DNA of 64,000 bases from Pedobacter sp. (GTDB taxonomy: Bacteria; Desulfobacterota; Desulfuromonadia; Desulfuromonadales; Syntrophotaleaceae), in the NCBI GenBank assembly GCA_050253415.1, contig JBFWJC010000003.1, positions 1 to 64,000 of the forward strand. Reading direction: 5' to 3'. Below, in pieces: positions 31,526 through 41,379 of the stretch. Numbering within the stretch: position 1 is the stretch's first letter; the number at the start of each line of letters is the position of its first letter. The notes below the pieces were generated by a model. It searched no databases, was not told the DNA's origin, and saw only the letters and a list, made by a program, of their open reading frames with translations. Made by a program: the position numbers and the translations under genes.

Positions 31526-31780
31526 AATGAGTTGGTATGCTTTCGTTGAACCGATGTTGCTGATCAAACATACTTTTTAATTAATGAAATAGGTATATAA
31601 GACAGACTAATACAGTTAGGGGCACGAGGTATTGCCTCCTTTCTGCCTAAAATTGTATGAAGCTTATGTGGGTTACCCTTTTAAGTAATCTTTAAAAAAG
31701 AAAACACGACTTTCACCAAAAATTGTCATGTTTGTACAAGACAAAAGTTGTAAAGGTGATCTTCTGCGAGGTTACCTATT

Positions 31781-31819
31781 GCCGGGAGGAGTACCTCCTA
31801 GTTTCCTCCCGGTTTTTTT
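31781..31819 (+). terminator. Intrinsic terminator-like hairpin
   Basis: gccgggagga...tcctcccggttttttt. Confidence 0.55.
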
Positions 31820-32146
31820 ATTAATAGTGTCTGTGGTTTGTTTTATCAGGTTTTAAAGCATGCTTTCCTTGTATCGGGCCAGATCCGGTGTCTTAAAAAA
31901 TTATTCAATATTTGTTTTCCGATCTGATTGGTGGTTAGAGTGAAGGCGATATTTATTTGCCATCGTTCGGTCACATGTGGGGAAAATCTCTGGCGACACA
32001 CTAGAAAAGCATTTTTTACCTACGTCGTATTGGCGGAATTGAAGGCTATTGGGAAGCTCAAAAGTTTTTAAGACATAATTCCCTAAACAAATGCAGTGAT
32101 TTATGAGAATTGCAAACATAATTCCTGCTCTGGGACTCAAAAAAGT

Positions 32147-32223
32147 GGGCCTGTGGCGCAACTGGATAGCGCTCGCAGCTCATAATCGTGTGGTTTCAGG
32201 TTTGAGTCCTGGCGGGCCGACAA
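32147..32223 (+). pseudogene. Degenerate tRNA gene with CAT anticodon (Ile2/Met-like pseudo-tRNA)
   Basis: GGGCCTG-TG-GCGC AACTGGATA GCGC-T-CGCAG CTCATAA TCGTG...TCAGG TTTGAGT CCTGG-CGGGCCG-A-CAA: cloverleaf with G1:G72 mismatch, weak anticodon stem, TTT in place of TTC, CAA in place of CCA. Confidence 0.75.
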
Positions 32224-32644
32224 GCTTTATCAAAGAATGAGCAAGAACGACTCGAGAATTGTAGCGTGAAGGGAAAAATGAACCTTTAGCAAGCTTGTTG
32301 TTTGAGTTGTACCTTTGAATACGGATGCTCAAAAATTAGCAATATTAAATTTTATATGGAAAAATCTTTATGTCGAAAACATATGGTCAAAAAGAATCCT
32401 TCCTTTAAAAGTAATTATTTTACTATTTTATGGTCTAAATTAATTCTCAAAGATTGCAGATTAACTAAGCATATATTTAAGTATTTATGAAATATATGTT
32501 TTTGAGCATAGGACATTGCCGACAGGTTTCGGAAAGTTGTTTTGATTTTTGATTTTATTGAAATAGCACTTCTGTTTTTAATTACAGTTGCTCGGGATCT
32601 TATGTGTGGGGCCGATCTTTTTGGAATGATAATACGGGGGTAAA

Positions 32645-34744
32645 ATGAAATTGAAACTGCGTGGGAAATTGATATTGCCGATTCTTGCCGGCATTTTGAT
32701 TGGAATGGTAATTGTTGGTAGTTTGTCTTACCGGGCTTCTCGGTTCGCGTTGGAGGATCTCACTCAGGTTCAACTTGCTGAGAGATCCACCGAACTAGCT
32801 AGGCGGTACGCAGAGTTTTTCGATGACGTTAGCGTAAATGTGGCCGTGATGAGCAAGCAGAGCTTTGCGCTCGATCTTTTCGATGAAAATGGCAATGTTT
32901 CCTATGCCGGGGTTCCTTCCGCCAACCGTGCGTTGAAGGAAATGTGTGACGATCTCGGTGGGTATGAATATTTGGCTTTGCTCGGTATTGATGGAATGGT
33001 TGTCGCGTCATCGCATCTTTCAACTGTCGGGAAGATGGACCTTTCTCAGCGTTCCTATTTCAAGGATGCCATGGCAGGAAAGACGACTTTCTCTGAGGTC
33101 TTTCGAAGTAATGTGACTGGAAACCCGACCCTAATTGTAGCTGCCCCGGTTGTTAAGAACGGTCGGCCAGCAGGAGTATGCCTTGGTTCTGTAAATCTTA
33201 ATTATTTCAGCAAAGAATATATAAATCCAGTACGTATTGGTAAACGTGGTTATGCGTATGTGGTCGATCGCCAGGGGATTTTTCTAGCACACCCAAATGC
33301 TGAAAATATTTTAAATAAGGGGATTTCTGAATACGATTGGGGGCAACAGATTCTCAGCACTGAGAAGGGTATGCAACATTATCTCTGGCAGGGTAATCAG
33401 AGAATCGTGGCTTATCAGCGCGTATTGAAGACGGGCATGGTGGTCGTTGTAGGTGCCGAAAAGAACGATATATATGCGCCCTTGGCGCGTATTCGTAATT
33501 TGACCATACTGGTTACCGTTCTGACTCTGATTGTGGTTGGTAGCATCATCCTTATAATAGCCAATTCCATCGTTAGGGCGTTGCATTCCGCGGTGGCATT
33601 TGCAGGGGATATTTCAATAGGTGACGTAACTAAACGACTCAGCTTCAAGCGGGATGATGAGCTTAAAGAGTTGGCTGAAGCACTCAATATCATTGCCGAA
33701 GGGGAGGAGAAAAAAGTAGAGCTAGCCGGGCTAATCGCCGATGGTAACATGGATATTGAAATCAAACCGGCCTCGGATAAAGATCTCCACGGCAAGGCGT
33801 TGGTAGTGATGATGGATAAGCTAAACGAGGTATTAGCGCAGATGCAGTTGGCAGGAGTGCAAATAGCCGCTGGCTCAGAACAGATTTCGGATGCCAGTCA
33901 GAGCTTGTCGCAGGGAGCAACCGAGTCCGCATCTTCCCTCGAAGAGGTTTCTGCTTCAATGGTTGAACTTGGATCTCAAACCCGATTTAATGCAGATAAT
34001 GCAAACAAGGCGAATGAGCTGGCAATGCACTCGAGAGATGCCGCACAGAAAGGCAATCGTCAAATGTCGCAGATGGTTGAGGCCATGGAGGAGATCAGTG
34101 TATCCGGGCAGAACATTTCCAAGATAATAAAAGTCATTGACGAAATCGCATTCCAAACTAATCTACTTGCCCTTAATGCCGCCGTCGAAGCAGCTCGTGC
34201 CGGTCAGCATGGCAAGGGATTTGCTGTGGTCGCAGAGGAGGTGCGTAGCTTGGCGGCCCGCAGTGCTACCGCTGCCCGTGAAACGGCAGAACTGATCGAG
34301 GGGTCGGTCAGTAAAACGCAAAATGGAAAAATGATAGCCAACCAAACGGCTGTGGCGTTGAAGGAGATAGTTGAAGGTGTCTCCAAGGTCACCGATCTGA
34401 TAAGTGAAATCGCGGCTGCTTCCAATGAGCAGGCGACCGGAATCGATCAGATCAATCAGGGCTTGTCACAGATCGATCAAGTAACCCAACAAAATACGGC
34501 AAATGCCGAAGAAAGTGCGGCGGCGGCCGAAGAGCTTGCTGGTCAGGCAGAGCATATGAGGATAATGCTTTCACATTTTACTGTGCGTCAAATGAAACGC
34601 AGTCCGGTTTTCTCTCCTAGCAATGGATCGTCTTCGATAACCACATTTGAGAATGCTAAGCATCGCAGGGATTTGCCGATTCTAGCGAGCGAACCTGCGC
34701 CAGGACAGGTTATCGCTCTTGACGATGGCCATATCGGAAGATAG
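32645..34744 (+). CDS. Methyl-accepting chemotaxis protein (dCache sensor, HAMP)
   Basis: Two TM segments, Cache motifs 'RSYFKDAM' and 'GYAYVVDRQG..LAHP', signalling hairpin 'IAFQTNLLALNAAVEAARAGQHGKGFAVVAEEVR'. Confidence 0.95.
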   Translation: MKLKLRGKLILPILAGILIGMVIVGSLSYRASRFALEDLTQVQLAERSTELARRYAEFFDDVSVNVAVMSKQSFALDLFDENGNVSYAGVPSANRALKEMCDDLGGYEYLALLGIDGMVVASSHLSTVGKMDLSQRSYFKDAMAGKTTFSEVFRSNVTGNPTLIVAAPVVKNGRPAGVCLGSVNLNYFSKEYINPVRIGKRGYAYVVDRQGIFLAHPNAENILNKGISEYDWGQQILSTEKGMQHYLWQGNQRIVAYQRVLKTGMVVVVGAEKNDIYAPLARIRNLTILVTVLTLIVVGSIILIIANSIVRALHSAVAFAGDISIGDVTKRLSFKRDDELKELAEALNIIAEGEEKKVELAGLIADGNMDIEIKPASDKDLHGKALVVMMDKLNEVLAQMQLAGVQIAAGSEQISDASQSLSQGATESASSLEEVSASMVELGSQTRFNADNANKANELAMHSRDAAQKGNRQMSQMVEAMEEISVSGQNISKIIKVIDEIAFQTNLLALNAAVEAARAGQHGKGFAVVAEEVRSLAARSATAARETAELIEGSVSKTQNGKMIANQTAVALKEIVEGVSKVTDLISEIAAASNEQATGIDQINQGLSQIDQVTQQNTANAEESAAAAEELAGQAEHMRIMLSHFTVRQMKRSPVFSPSNGSSSITTFENAKHRRDLPILASEPAPGQVIALDDGHIGR

Positions 34745-34952
34745 TGATTTGTATTGGGTTTTGTATTGAGTGCATTATGTTGTCGTGTTAATAAACCTTG
34801 GATAGAGAAAATGAGACGGTTTTATTTCATTTGTGAGTAGTTATTAATTAATCGCAGCGACATAGGATTTGGATTAAGTGAGAAAGAATCCGGAACGGTA
34901 TTTTTCCGCCGTATAAAAAGGTTGTCTTTTTCGTAGTTGGTGGAGGAGGACT

Positions 34953-35426
34953 TTGGAATATAAAGAACAGGATGTGGACACTTACTTCTCTGTAAATTTG
35001 AGCGGGGAGGTGGGCTGGCTATCCTTTGATGCTCCTTCCCTGATGGGGGATTCTCTGCGTTTCGTTTCCGGGGAAAAAAATGGAAAGCGTTATCGTGTCC
35101 ATTATTACAAAGATACCAATGGACAATTGTGTGCACGCATTTGGTTCGGGCCTGATACTGAGGGGCCTCGTGGGCATTCTCATGGTGGAGCTATAGCGGC
35201 GGTTCTCGACGAAGCATTGAGCCTTGCTGCTTGTGCCAGAGGATTTTCGGCTGTAATGGGCCATCTCAGTGTCAGGTTCCGTAACATGCTTCCCCTTGAG
35301 CATGTTGTGACGGTTCAGACTGAGGTTATGTCGGTCAAAGGCCGCAGGGTTTCTGTACGAGGTCGAATATGTTTGGGTAAGAAGATTTTTGCCGAGGCAG
35401 AAGGGCTTTGTATTGTCATTTCATAG
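34953..35426 (+). CDS. PaaI-family thioesterase
   Basis: 'EGPRGHSHGGAIAAVLDE'; RBS ggaggagg before TTG. Confidence 0.85.
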   Translation: MEYKEQDVDTYFSVNLSGEVGWLSFDAPSLMGDSLRFVSGEKNGKRYRVHYYKDTNGQLCARIWFGPDTEGPRGHSHGGAIAAVLDEALSLAACARGFSAVMGHLSVRFRNMLPLEHVVTVQTEVMSVKGRRVSVRGRICLGKKIFAEAEGLCIVIS

Positions 35427-35542
35427 GGGTATTCTTTTTGAAGTATTTATTGTGTATTCAATCCGATTTTGAATCGTATGTGGGATTTATGGGATCGCCA
35501 ATATGTACTTATGAAAATTTGTAGATAATATACGTCATCTTC

Positions 35543-35572
35543 CAACGCCACTGTCTGAAAAGACAGTGGCGT
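35543..35572. terminator. Hairpin terminator-like element
   Basis: aacgccactgtct-gaaa-agacagtggcgtt. Confidence 0.6.
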
Positions 35573-36723
35573 TATTGCATAATTGAGATAGTTATGTAAT
35601 TAAAAACGCTTAGACAGTTATGAAGCCGGAGTAGAGCATATACCCAATTATTAGAATCAGCATTTCATTTATCTCTTTAGATGATTATTTCTTGTCAGCT
35701 TTGTATATATCTCATCAGCTAATTACTAGTATTCTCTGTTTTACCAAATGCTAAACCACTTAGACTATAATTTAAGCCGATAAGTAATGCTGTCAGTGCC
35801 CATCATGATACCGTTTTTTTTATAGATGCCATTGTACTAAAATGGTGGCAGATATAAACTAAAATCCAAAAATCAAATAACTTTCACTTTTACATATATT
35901 TTTTGTTTCCAGATATATATCTGCTCAGAGGTTGGTAAATTGCCTCAATGTTTTTATCAAAGTAAGTTTGTTTAATCCATGTATAAGAAATCTTTATCAA
36001 TTTCGTGTAGTTTTTAGAAGTTTTTTTCCTCTTACAGCCTTCCTTTTTTATTATCCCATAAATTTTCTGATGTCATATGTGCACGTGTAGTAATCCTATT
36101 CCTCCCCCCGTTTTATATTGCTAGAGGTACATTTTGTCCTTAGCTACTTAAAACCTTTCTATTGTCGCTTTTGAAAATACTTCAAGCAAAAGGTTCTTAT
36201 CTTCAAAAAGTTCTTCATTCATGAAAAACATGGGACTTGGGGCTGTACATATTTGGCCAGGTTTGTTGGGGAAATATAGTTGATGGACTTTTTTTTTATG
36301 GGGGGGTGAAAAAAACTACTTAACTGTCTTTAAATTTGACAAATCCCTTGTTTGTAGGTTGGGACCTCTTGAGGTGGAGGCTTAGGGGGGGGCGCTAAAA
36401 AAGTTACTTTCTATGGGTAGCTATGTTTTTCCGAGGAACAATATCGCAGTGAGAAGCAAAAGAAATCAAGCTGCAAAGAATTATGGTCCCGATATTGATC
36501 GACTCACCAAGTATCTCAGTGACTAATTGATAAGGATAGAGTCTGAGTCTTAAAGTTTAGATTGTTTACGAAAAACGTTTTTTAGCTCTAAAAAGTAGTA
36601 TTCAAATTCAAACAAAAAATCACTGTATGTGTAACAATTTTTTCAATACCCTGTATGCCAAGAAATAATTTACCATGCTGCATAAGTATTTGAAAACACA
36701 GTGAATTTTATTGTTCTTTAAAC

Positions 36724-36739
36724 TGGCACACAAATTGAA
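36724..36739 (+). promoter_or_regulatory. Candidate sigma54 promoter for the ALDH-buk-ptb genes
   Basis: TGGCACACAAATTGAA: perfect -24, -12 is TTGA rather than TTGC; a TGTC-N9-GACA site lies at 36325-36341. Confidence 0.45.
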
Positions 36740-37107
36740 AATAGGAAAGCCTGTATTGATGCTATTTGGGAAATAATGACATGTATATTTTGGTGAATAG
36801 AAAGGTAAATTATTTATTAATATTTAAAAGTATTTTTAGCGAATTGATAGGTAGAGAATATTATAAAAAAGATATAATCGAAATGCATGTACATAGTCTT
36901 ATTATTTAACTAAACAATTCACCTATATAATTTGTCAAAAATCCTGAACTAGTGTTACTTGACATGCTTTTAGTTTATAAATGTCGCTTATTTTATAATT
37001 ATTTGTTCAAGTTTCGCTAAAAATGTTTTTGTTCTATGTTCGAAAATATTGGTCAGTATTTCGGAAGTTCAACATTAATACCTAAGTAGCTCATGGAGGT
37101 CATTTTC

Positions 37108-38481
37108 ATGTCTGATGTAACTAGTCAAATCGATTCGTATGTAGCGAAGGCTCAAGAAGCATTAAAGGTGATGTGGACCCTGGATCAGGAACAGGTTGAT
37201 AAAATTGTTCATAATATGGCTGTTGCAGGTGCGGAAAATGCCCGGAGGCTAGCTCAGCTCGGCATTGACGAAACAGGTATGGGGAATCTTGACCATCAGG
37301 AGTACAAAAATTGGGCCGCAACTGAGCTGCTGTGGAAAATGCAGCTCGAAGGCAAAAAATCGGTAGGCGTAATTGGGGAGAAGGACGGCATTATAGAGGT
37401 CGCCGAACCTTTTGGTATCGTGGTAGCAGTCACCCCCGCGCCCCATCCCGGCTCAAATCCTTTGTTCAAGAGTTTGATTGCCTTAAAGGGAAGAAACGTT
37501 CTTATCGTATCTTATCATCCAAAAGCAAAAGAATCTACGATCGCCACATGCCGTGTTATGAGAGACGCTGCTATAGCATCAGGAGCACCAGAAAACTGCA
37601 TTCAGTGGGTGGAAGAGCCGTCTATGGAGGCCACCAACTATCTCATGAAACACCCCAAAGTAAGCATGGTTGCGGCTACTGGTGGTGGCGCCCTGGTGAA
37701 GGCAGCTTATAGTTCTGGGCATCCTGCGTTGGGTGTTGGTGCAGGTAACTGTCCTGCATATATCGATAAAACTGCAAATTTGAGTGCATCGGTTAATACC
37801 ATAATCGCCAGCAAGACTTTTGATAATGGGTCGATTTGCTCGTCTGAGCAGGTTCTTATTTTTGATGATCAAGCAGTTGCCGACAAAACCCTCAAGCTTT
37901 TTTCTGAGAGGGGTGCGTATGTATGTAATGAAGAGGAGAAGGCAAAGCTTTTGGAAATTATGTTTGATCTGGAGCGCGGGGTTCCGTCGATCCAAATCGT
38001 TGCAAAGCCTGCTACTCGAATTGCTGAACTTGCCGGAATTGAAGTTCCTCATGATACCAAGATGCTTTTGGTTCCTGTTAAAGAAATCGGACCTAGTGAT
38101 TACATGAGCCACGAAAAACTTTCACCTGTTTTAGGTTGGTATGTTGCTGACGGCAAGGACGCTGCCATTAAAGCTGCAGTTGACGTGCTTGAATTTGGAG
38201 GCGCCGGTCATACTGCTGCGCTTCACTCCAATGATGAAGATGTTCAGATGGAATATGGGATGGCTGTACCTGCAGGTAGGGTACTTTTCAATCAAGGTTC
38301 TGCCCCCGGCAGTTTCGGAACCTATAATCCGGCGATTGGTTTGACTTTCATGATCGGATGCGGTGCCCGCGGAGGAAATATCTTCTCCGAAAATATTACT
38401 TTTAAGCATATGCTTAATATTAAACGAATGGTTAAAAGGTCTAATCCTATGACTGAAGAAGATAATTTTGGCAAGAAATAA
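37108..38481 (+). CDS. CoA-acylating aldehyde dehydrogenase (AdhE N-domain / EutE-like, stand-alone)
   Basis: 'ATGGGALVKAAYSSGHPALGVGAGN', catalytic 'KTFDNGSICSSEQ', 'HEKLSPVL', 'GAGHTA'; RBS ggaggt before Met at 37108. Confidence 0.9.
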   Translation: MSDVTSQIDSYVAKAQEALKVMWTLDQEQVDKIVHNMAVAGAENARRLAQLGIDETGMGNLDHQEYKNWAATELLWKMQLEGKKSVGVIGEKDGIIEVAEPFGIVVAVTPAPHPGSNPLFKSLIALKGRNVLIVSYHPKAKESTIATCRVMRDAAIASGAPENCIQWVEEPSMEATNYLMKHPKVSMVAATGGGALVKAAYSSGHPALGVGAGNCPAYIDKTANLSASVNTIIASKTFDNGSICSSEQVLIFDDQAVADKTLKLFSERGAYVCNEEEKAKLLEIMFDLERGVPSIQIVAKPATRIAELAGIEVPHDTKMLLVPVKEIGPSDYMSHEKLSPVLGWYVADGKDAAIKAAVDVLEFGGAGHTAALHSNDEDVQMEYGMAVPAGRVLFNQGSAPGSFGTYNPAIGLTFMIGCGARGGNIFSENITFKHMLNIKRMVKRSNPMTEEDNFGKK

Positions 38482-38745
38482 TATATTGTAGTTGTTAACA
38501 GGTATTACATAGATTTCTAAAACTACATAAATATAACCTATATATTAATAAATAAGTTTCGCCAATGTATAATATGTAGGTTAGTAGTTAATTATAATGA
38601 TTTGGTAGAAATGTCCTTCTTCAGATGTAAATATTAGAAGGTCATTTCTACTTATTTAATTAAAAATTTAAACCAATATAACTTATGTGAAAATAATCGA
38701 TTTATAAACATGCTTGAAAAATTATAATATTAAGAAAGGTTGTTT

Positions 38746-39819
38746 ATGCCAAAAACTCCAAAAACTTTAGTTTTAAATTTCGGATCAACTTCTTCAAAGG
38801 TTGCAATTTACACGGGTTCAGATGTAGAAAAATCAGAGTCAATAAGTCATCCTACAGATGAACTTAAACAGTTTGTGACTATTTGGGATCAGTTCGAGTA
38901 TAGGCAGGAGAAAGTACTCAAGTTACTTGAAGAATGGAATGTTGACATCTCTGATATTGATGTAATTTCCTGCCGTGGCGGTTGCATAAAGCCTTGTCCA
39001 GCAGGAATATATGCAATAAACGATAAAATGATTGAAGACATTAAAAGCCAAAAGTATGGTATTCATCCAACTGGATTAGGAAATATTATAGCTGTAAATC
39101 TTAGTAAAAAATATAATATACCTGCAATAACTGTAGATACCCCTGCTTCAGACGAATTTTGTCCAGAGGCTAGGTTCTCCGGCCTTCCACAAATATCCAG
39201 AAGAAGTTCGTTCCATGTGTTGAATCAAAAAGCAACGGCAAGAAAAGTCGCTGCTGAAATGAATAAAACATATGAAGAAATGAACATGGTTGTCGCGCAT
39301 CTTGGAGGGGGGATCTCTGTCGGTGCTCATAAACAAGGTAAGATTATCGACGCAAATAATGCACTCGATGGTGATGGACCTTTTTCACCAGAGCGCGCTG
39401 GGACTCTTCCTGCTGCAGATTTTGCCAGATTGTGCTTCAGTGGTGAATACACCGAGCCGGAGGTCAAAAAGCTTGTGACAAACGGTGGTGGACTTATGGG
39501 CTATTTAAATACAACTGATGCAAGGGAAGTCGAATCGCGTATTGCCAATGGGGATAGTAAAGCTGAACTGGTTTATAACTCCATGATTTATCAGGTAGCT
39601 AAAGAAATTGGTGCCTGTGCGGCCGTTTTGGATGGGGAAGTAGACGCGATAGCGCTCACCGGAAGCTTGTCTTATTCTGACTATGTAATCAGCCGACTTA
39701 CAAAAAAGATTTCATTTATAGCCAAAGTGTACGTGAACCCCGGCGAAAACGAACTGCAAGCGTTGGCAGAAGGGGCGGTTAGATTCTATAACGGAACTGA
39801 AAAGTTGCTCGAATATTGA
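38746..39819 (+). CDS. buk: Butyrate / branched-chain carboxylate kinase
   Basis: 'NFGSTSSK', 'CRGG', 'HVLNQKA', 'VAHLGGGISV', 'GPFSPERAG', 'PGENE'. Confidence 0.92.
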   Translation: MPKTPKTLVLNFGSTSSKVAIYTGSDVEKSESISHPTDELKQFVTIWDQFEYRQEKVLKLLEEWNVDISDIDVISCRGGCIKPCPAGIYAINDKMIEDIKSQKYGIHPTGLGNIIAVNLSKKYNIPAITVDTPASDEFCPEARFSGLPQISRRSSFHVLNQKATARKVAAEMNKTYEEMNMVVAHLGGGISVGAHKQGKIIDANNALDGDGPFSPERAGTLPAADFARLCFSGEYTEPEVKKLVTNGGGLMGYLNTTDAREVESRIANGDSKAELVYNSMIYQVAKEIGACAAVLDGEVDAIALTGSLSYSDYVISRLTKKISFIAKVYVNPGENELQALAEGAVRFYNGTEKLLEY

Positions 39820-39834
39820 TAGAGGATTGATAAT

Positions 39835-40731
39835 ATGATTAAAAACCTGAATGAAATTTTTGAAAAAATAAAAAACAGTGACAAAAAAACGATTGCAATT
39901 GCGTGTCCTGAAAATGATGTCACTATAAAAACAGTTATTGCGTGCCGTGAAAAAGAAATAGCCGATTTTATCTTGGTTGGAGATAAGGAAATAATTTCAC
40001 AACTTTTATTAGACGCTGATCAAGATACATCACAATTCGAAATCGTTGATATTAAAACTCATAAGGAAGCAGCCGAAAAAGCCGTTCATCTCGTTGTAGA
40101 TGGGAAGGCAGATGTTGTAATGAAGGGAGACTTACATACAAGCGTATTTATGAGGGCTGTCCTGAATAAAGAAAAAGGTCTTAATGCAGGGCAAAAGATG
40201 AGTGAATGCACGATTATTGAAAAAATTCAAGGTGAAGGTCTTCAATGTATCACTGATTGTGCAATGAATATCAGCCCGAACTTGGAAGATAAAAAGCAAA
40301 TTATTGACAATGCCGTTAACTTACTTATCAAGCTTGGGGTCCAAAAGCCGAAAGTAGCGCTTTTGTCCGCTCTTGAAGTTGTAAACCCTTCAATGCCCGA
40401 TACGATAGATGCAGCAGTGCTGTGCAAAATGGCTGATAGAGGGCAAATTAAAAATGCTATCATTGATGGTCCACTTGCTCTTGATAATATTTTATCTTTA
40501 GAGGCTGCAAAGAAAAAGAAAATTGAAAGCCCGGTAGCAGGTGATGCCGATATTATAGTCGCTCCAGATATGACCGTGGCAAACGTTCTCCGAAAAGCTA
40601 TTACTTTTTACGCTAATAAGATGACTACAACTACTTTGGTTGGTGCCAAAGCTCCAGTTGTCATGACATCTAGAACTGAGCCAGTAGAAGGTAAATTACT
40701 TTCAATTGCAATAGCAGTATATACCTCCTAA
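39835..40731 (+). CDS. ptb: Phosphate butyryltransferase / phosphate acyltransferase
   Basis: 'VMKG', 'TDCAMNISP', 'DGPLALDN', 'SPVAGDADI', 'PVVMTSR'; adjacent to buk. Confidence 0.88.
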   Translation: MIKNLNEIFEKIKNSDKKTIAIACPENDVTIKTVIACREKEIADFILVGDKEIISQLLLDADQDTSQFEIVDIKTHKEAAEKAVHLVVDGKADVVMKGDLHTSVFMRAVLNKEKGLNAGQKMSECTIIEKIQGEGLQCITDCAMNISPNLEDKKQIIDNAVNLLIKLGVQKPKVALLSALEVVNPSMPDTIDAAVLCKMADRGQIKNAIIDGPLALDNILSLEAAKKKKIESPVAGDADIIVAPDMTVANVLRKAITFYANKMTTTTLVGAKAPVVMTSRTEPVEGKLLSIAIAVYTS

Positions 40732-41379
40732 AAAACAATTTAGAATAAAAGTACAAAATTTTATAAATTTCCGCGATAAAATAGAAACAACAATACATTT
40801 ATATGGTTGATATTAGTCAGTCAACTAAAAAAGGCAATATGACAAAAAACTAAGCCGCGTGCTTAAAGTCAATCACTACAAATAGTTAAAACTTAGTAGT
40901 GGAAGGATTTTAAGTACAACAGTAAGTTGTATGAACAAATATGGTTTTTTTTAAAGGTTTTTTTGTGTTTATAGAGGCGTGATAATGTGTCAAGCATCAT
41001 CTGCTTGATTATTGTCATTGAAAAAGCCGAGAATGTGGGCTTGCAGGACCTGCCATTTTCGGTGTTCCAAATGGGGGGGATTCCTCCCCCCCCCCATTTG
41101 GAACGGTTTGTTATTGAAAAAATTCGTTAGAGTAAACTATTGTTTTAGATTCGCTTTGGCGCAATTTATGAAATTCTCACGTAAAGTACCAATATTTTCA
41201 ATCTACTACATTTTTAATTTCGATATTTTCCGTGTCACTATTCAAACTTTAAGCCACCTCGTAATAGGACACCTAGAAAATGACGTTACGTTGCAACCTT
41301 TCTTTACGGATATATTGGTTAGGTGATGTCCGGTGCAATTTAAGACAAAATATTCAAAATTTGCATTCATGGAGTTTCT

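Noticed and set aside
41012..41326. 104-aa ORF upstream of the Fe-ADH
   Set aside because: Spans homopolymer G/C runs and AT-rich spacer DNA; no protein-family signal
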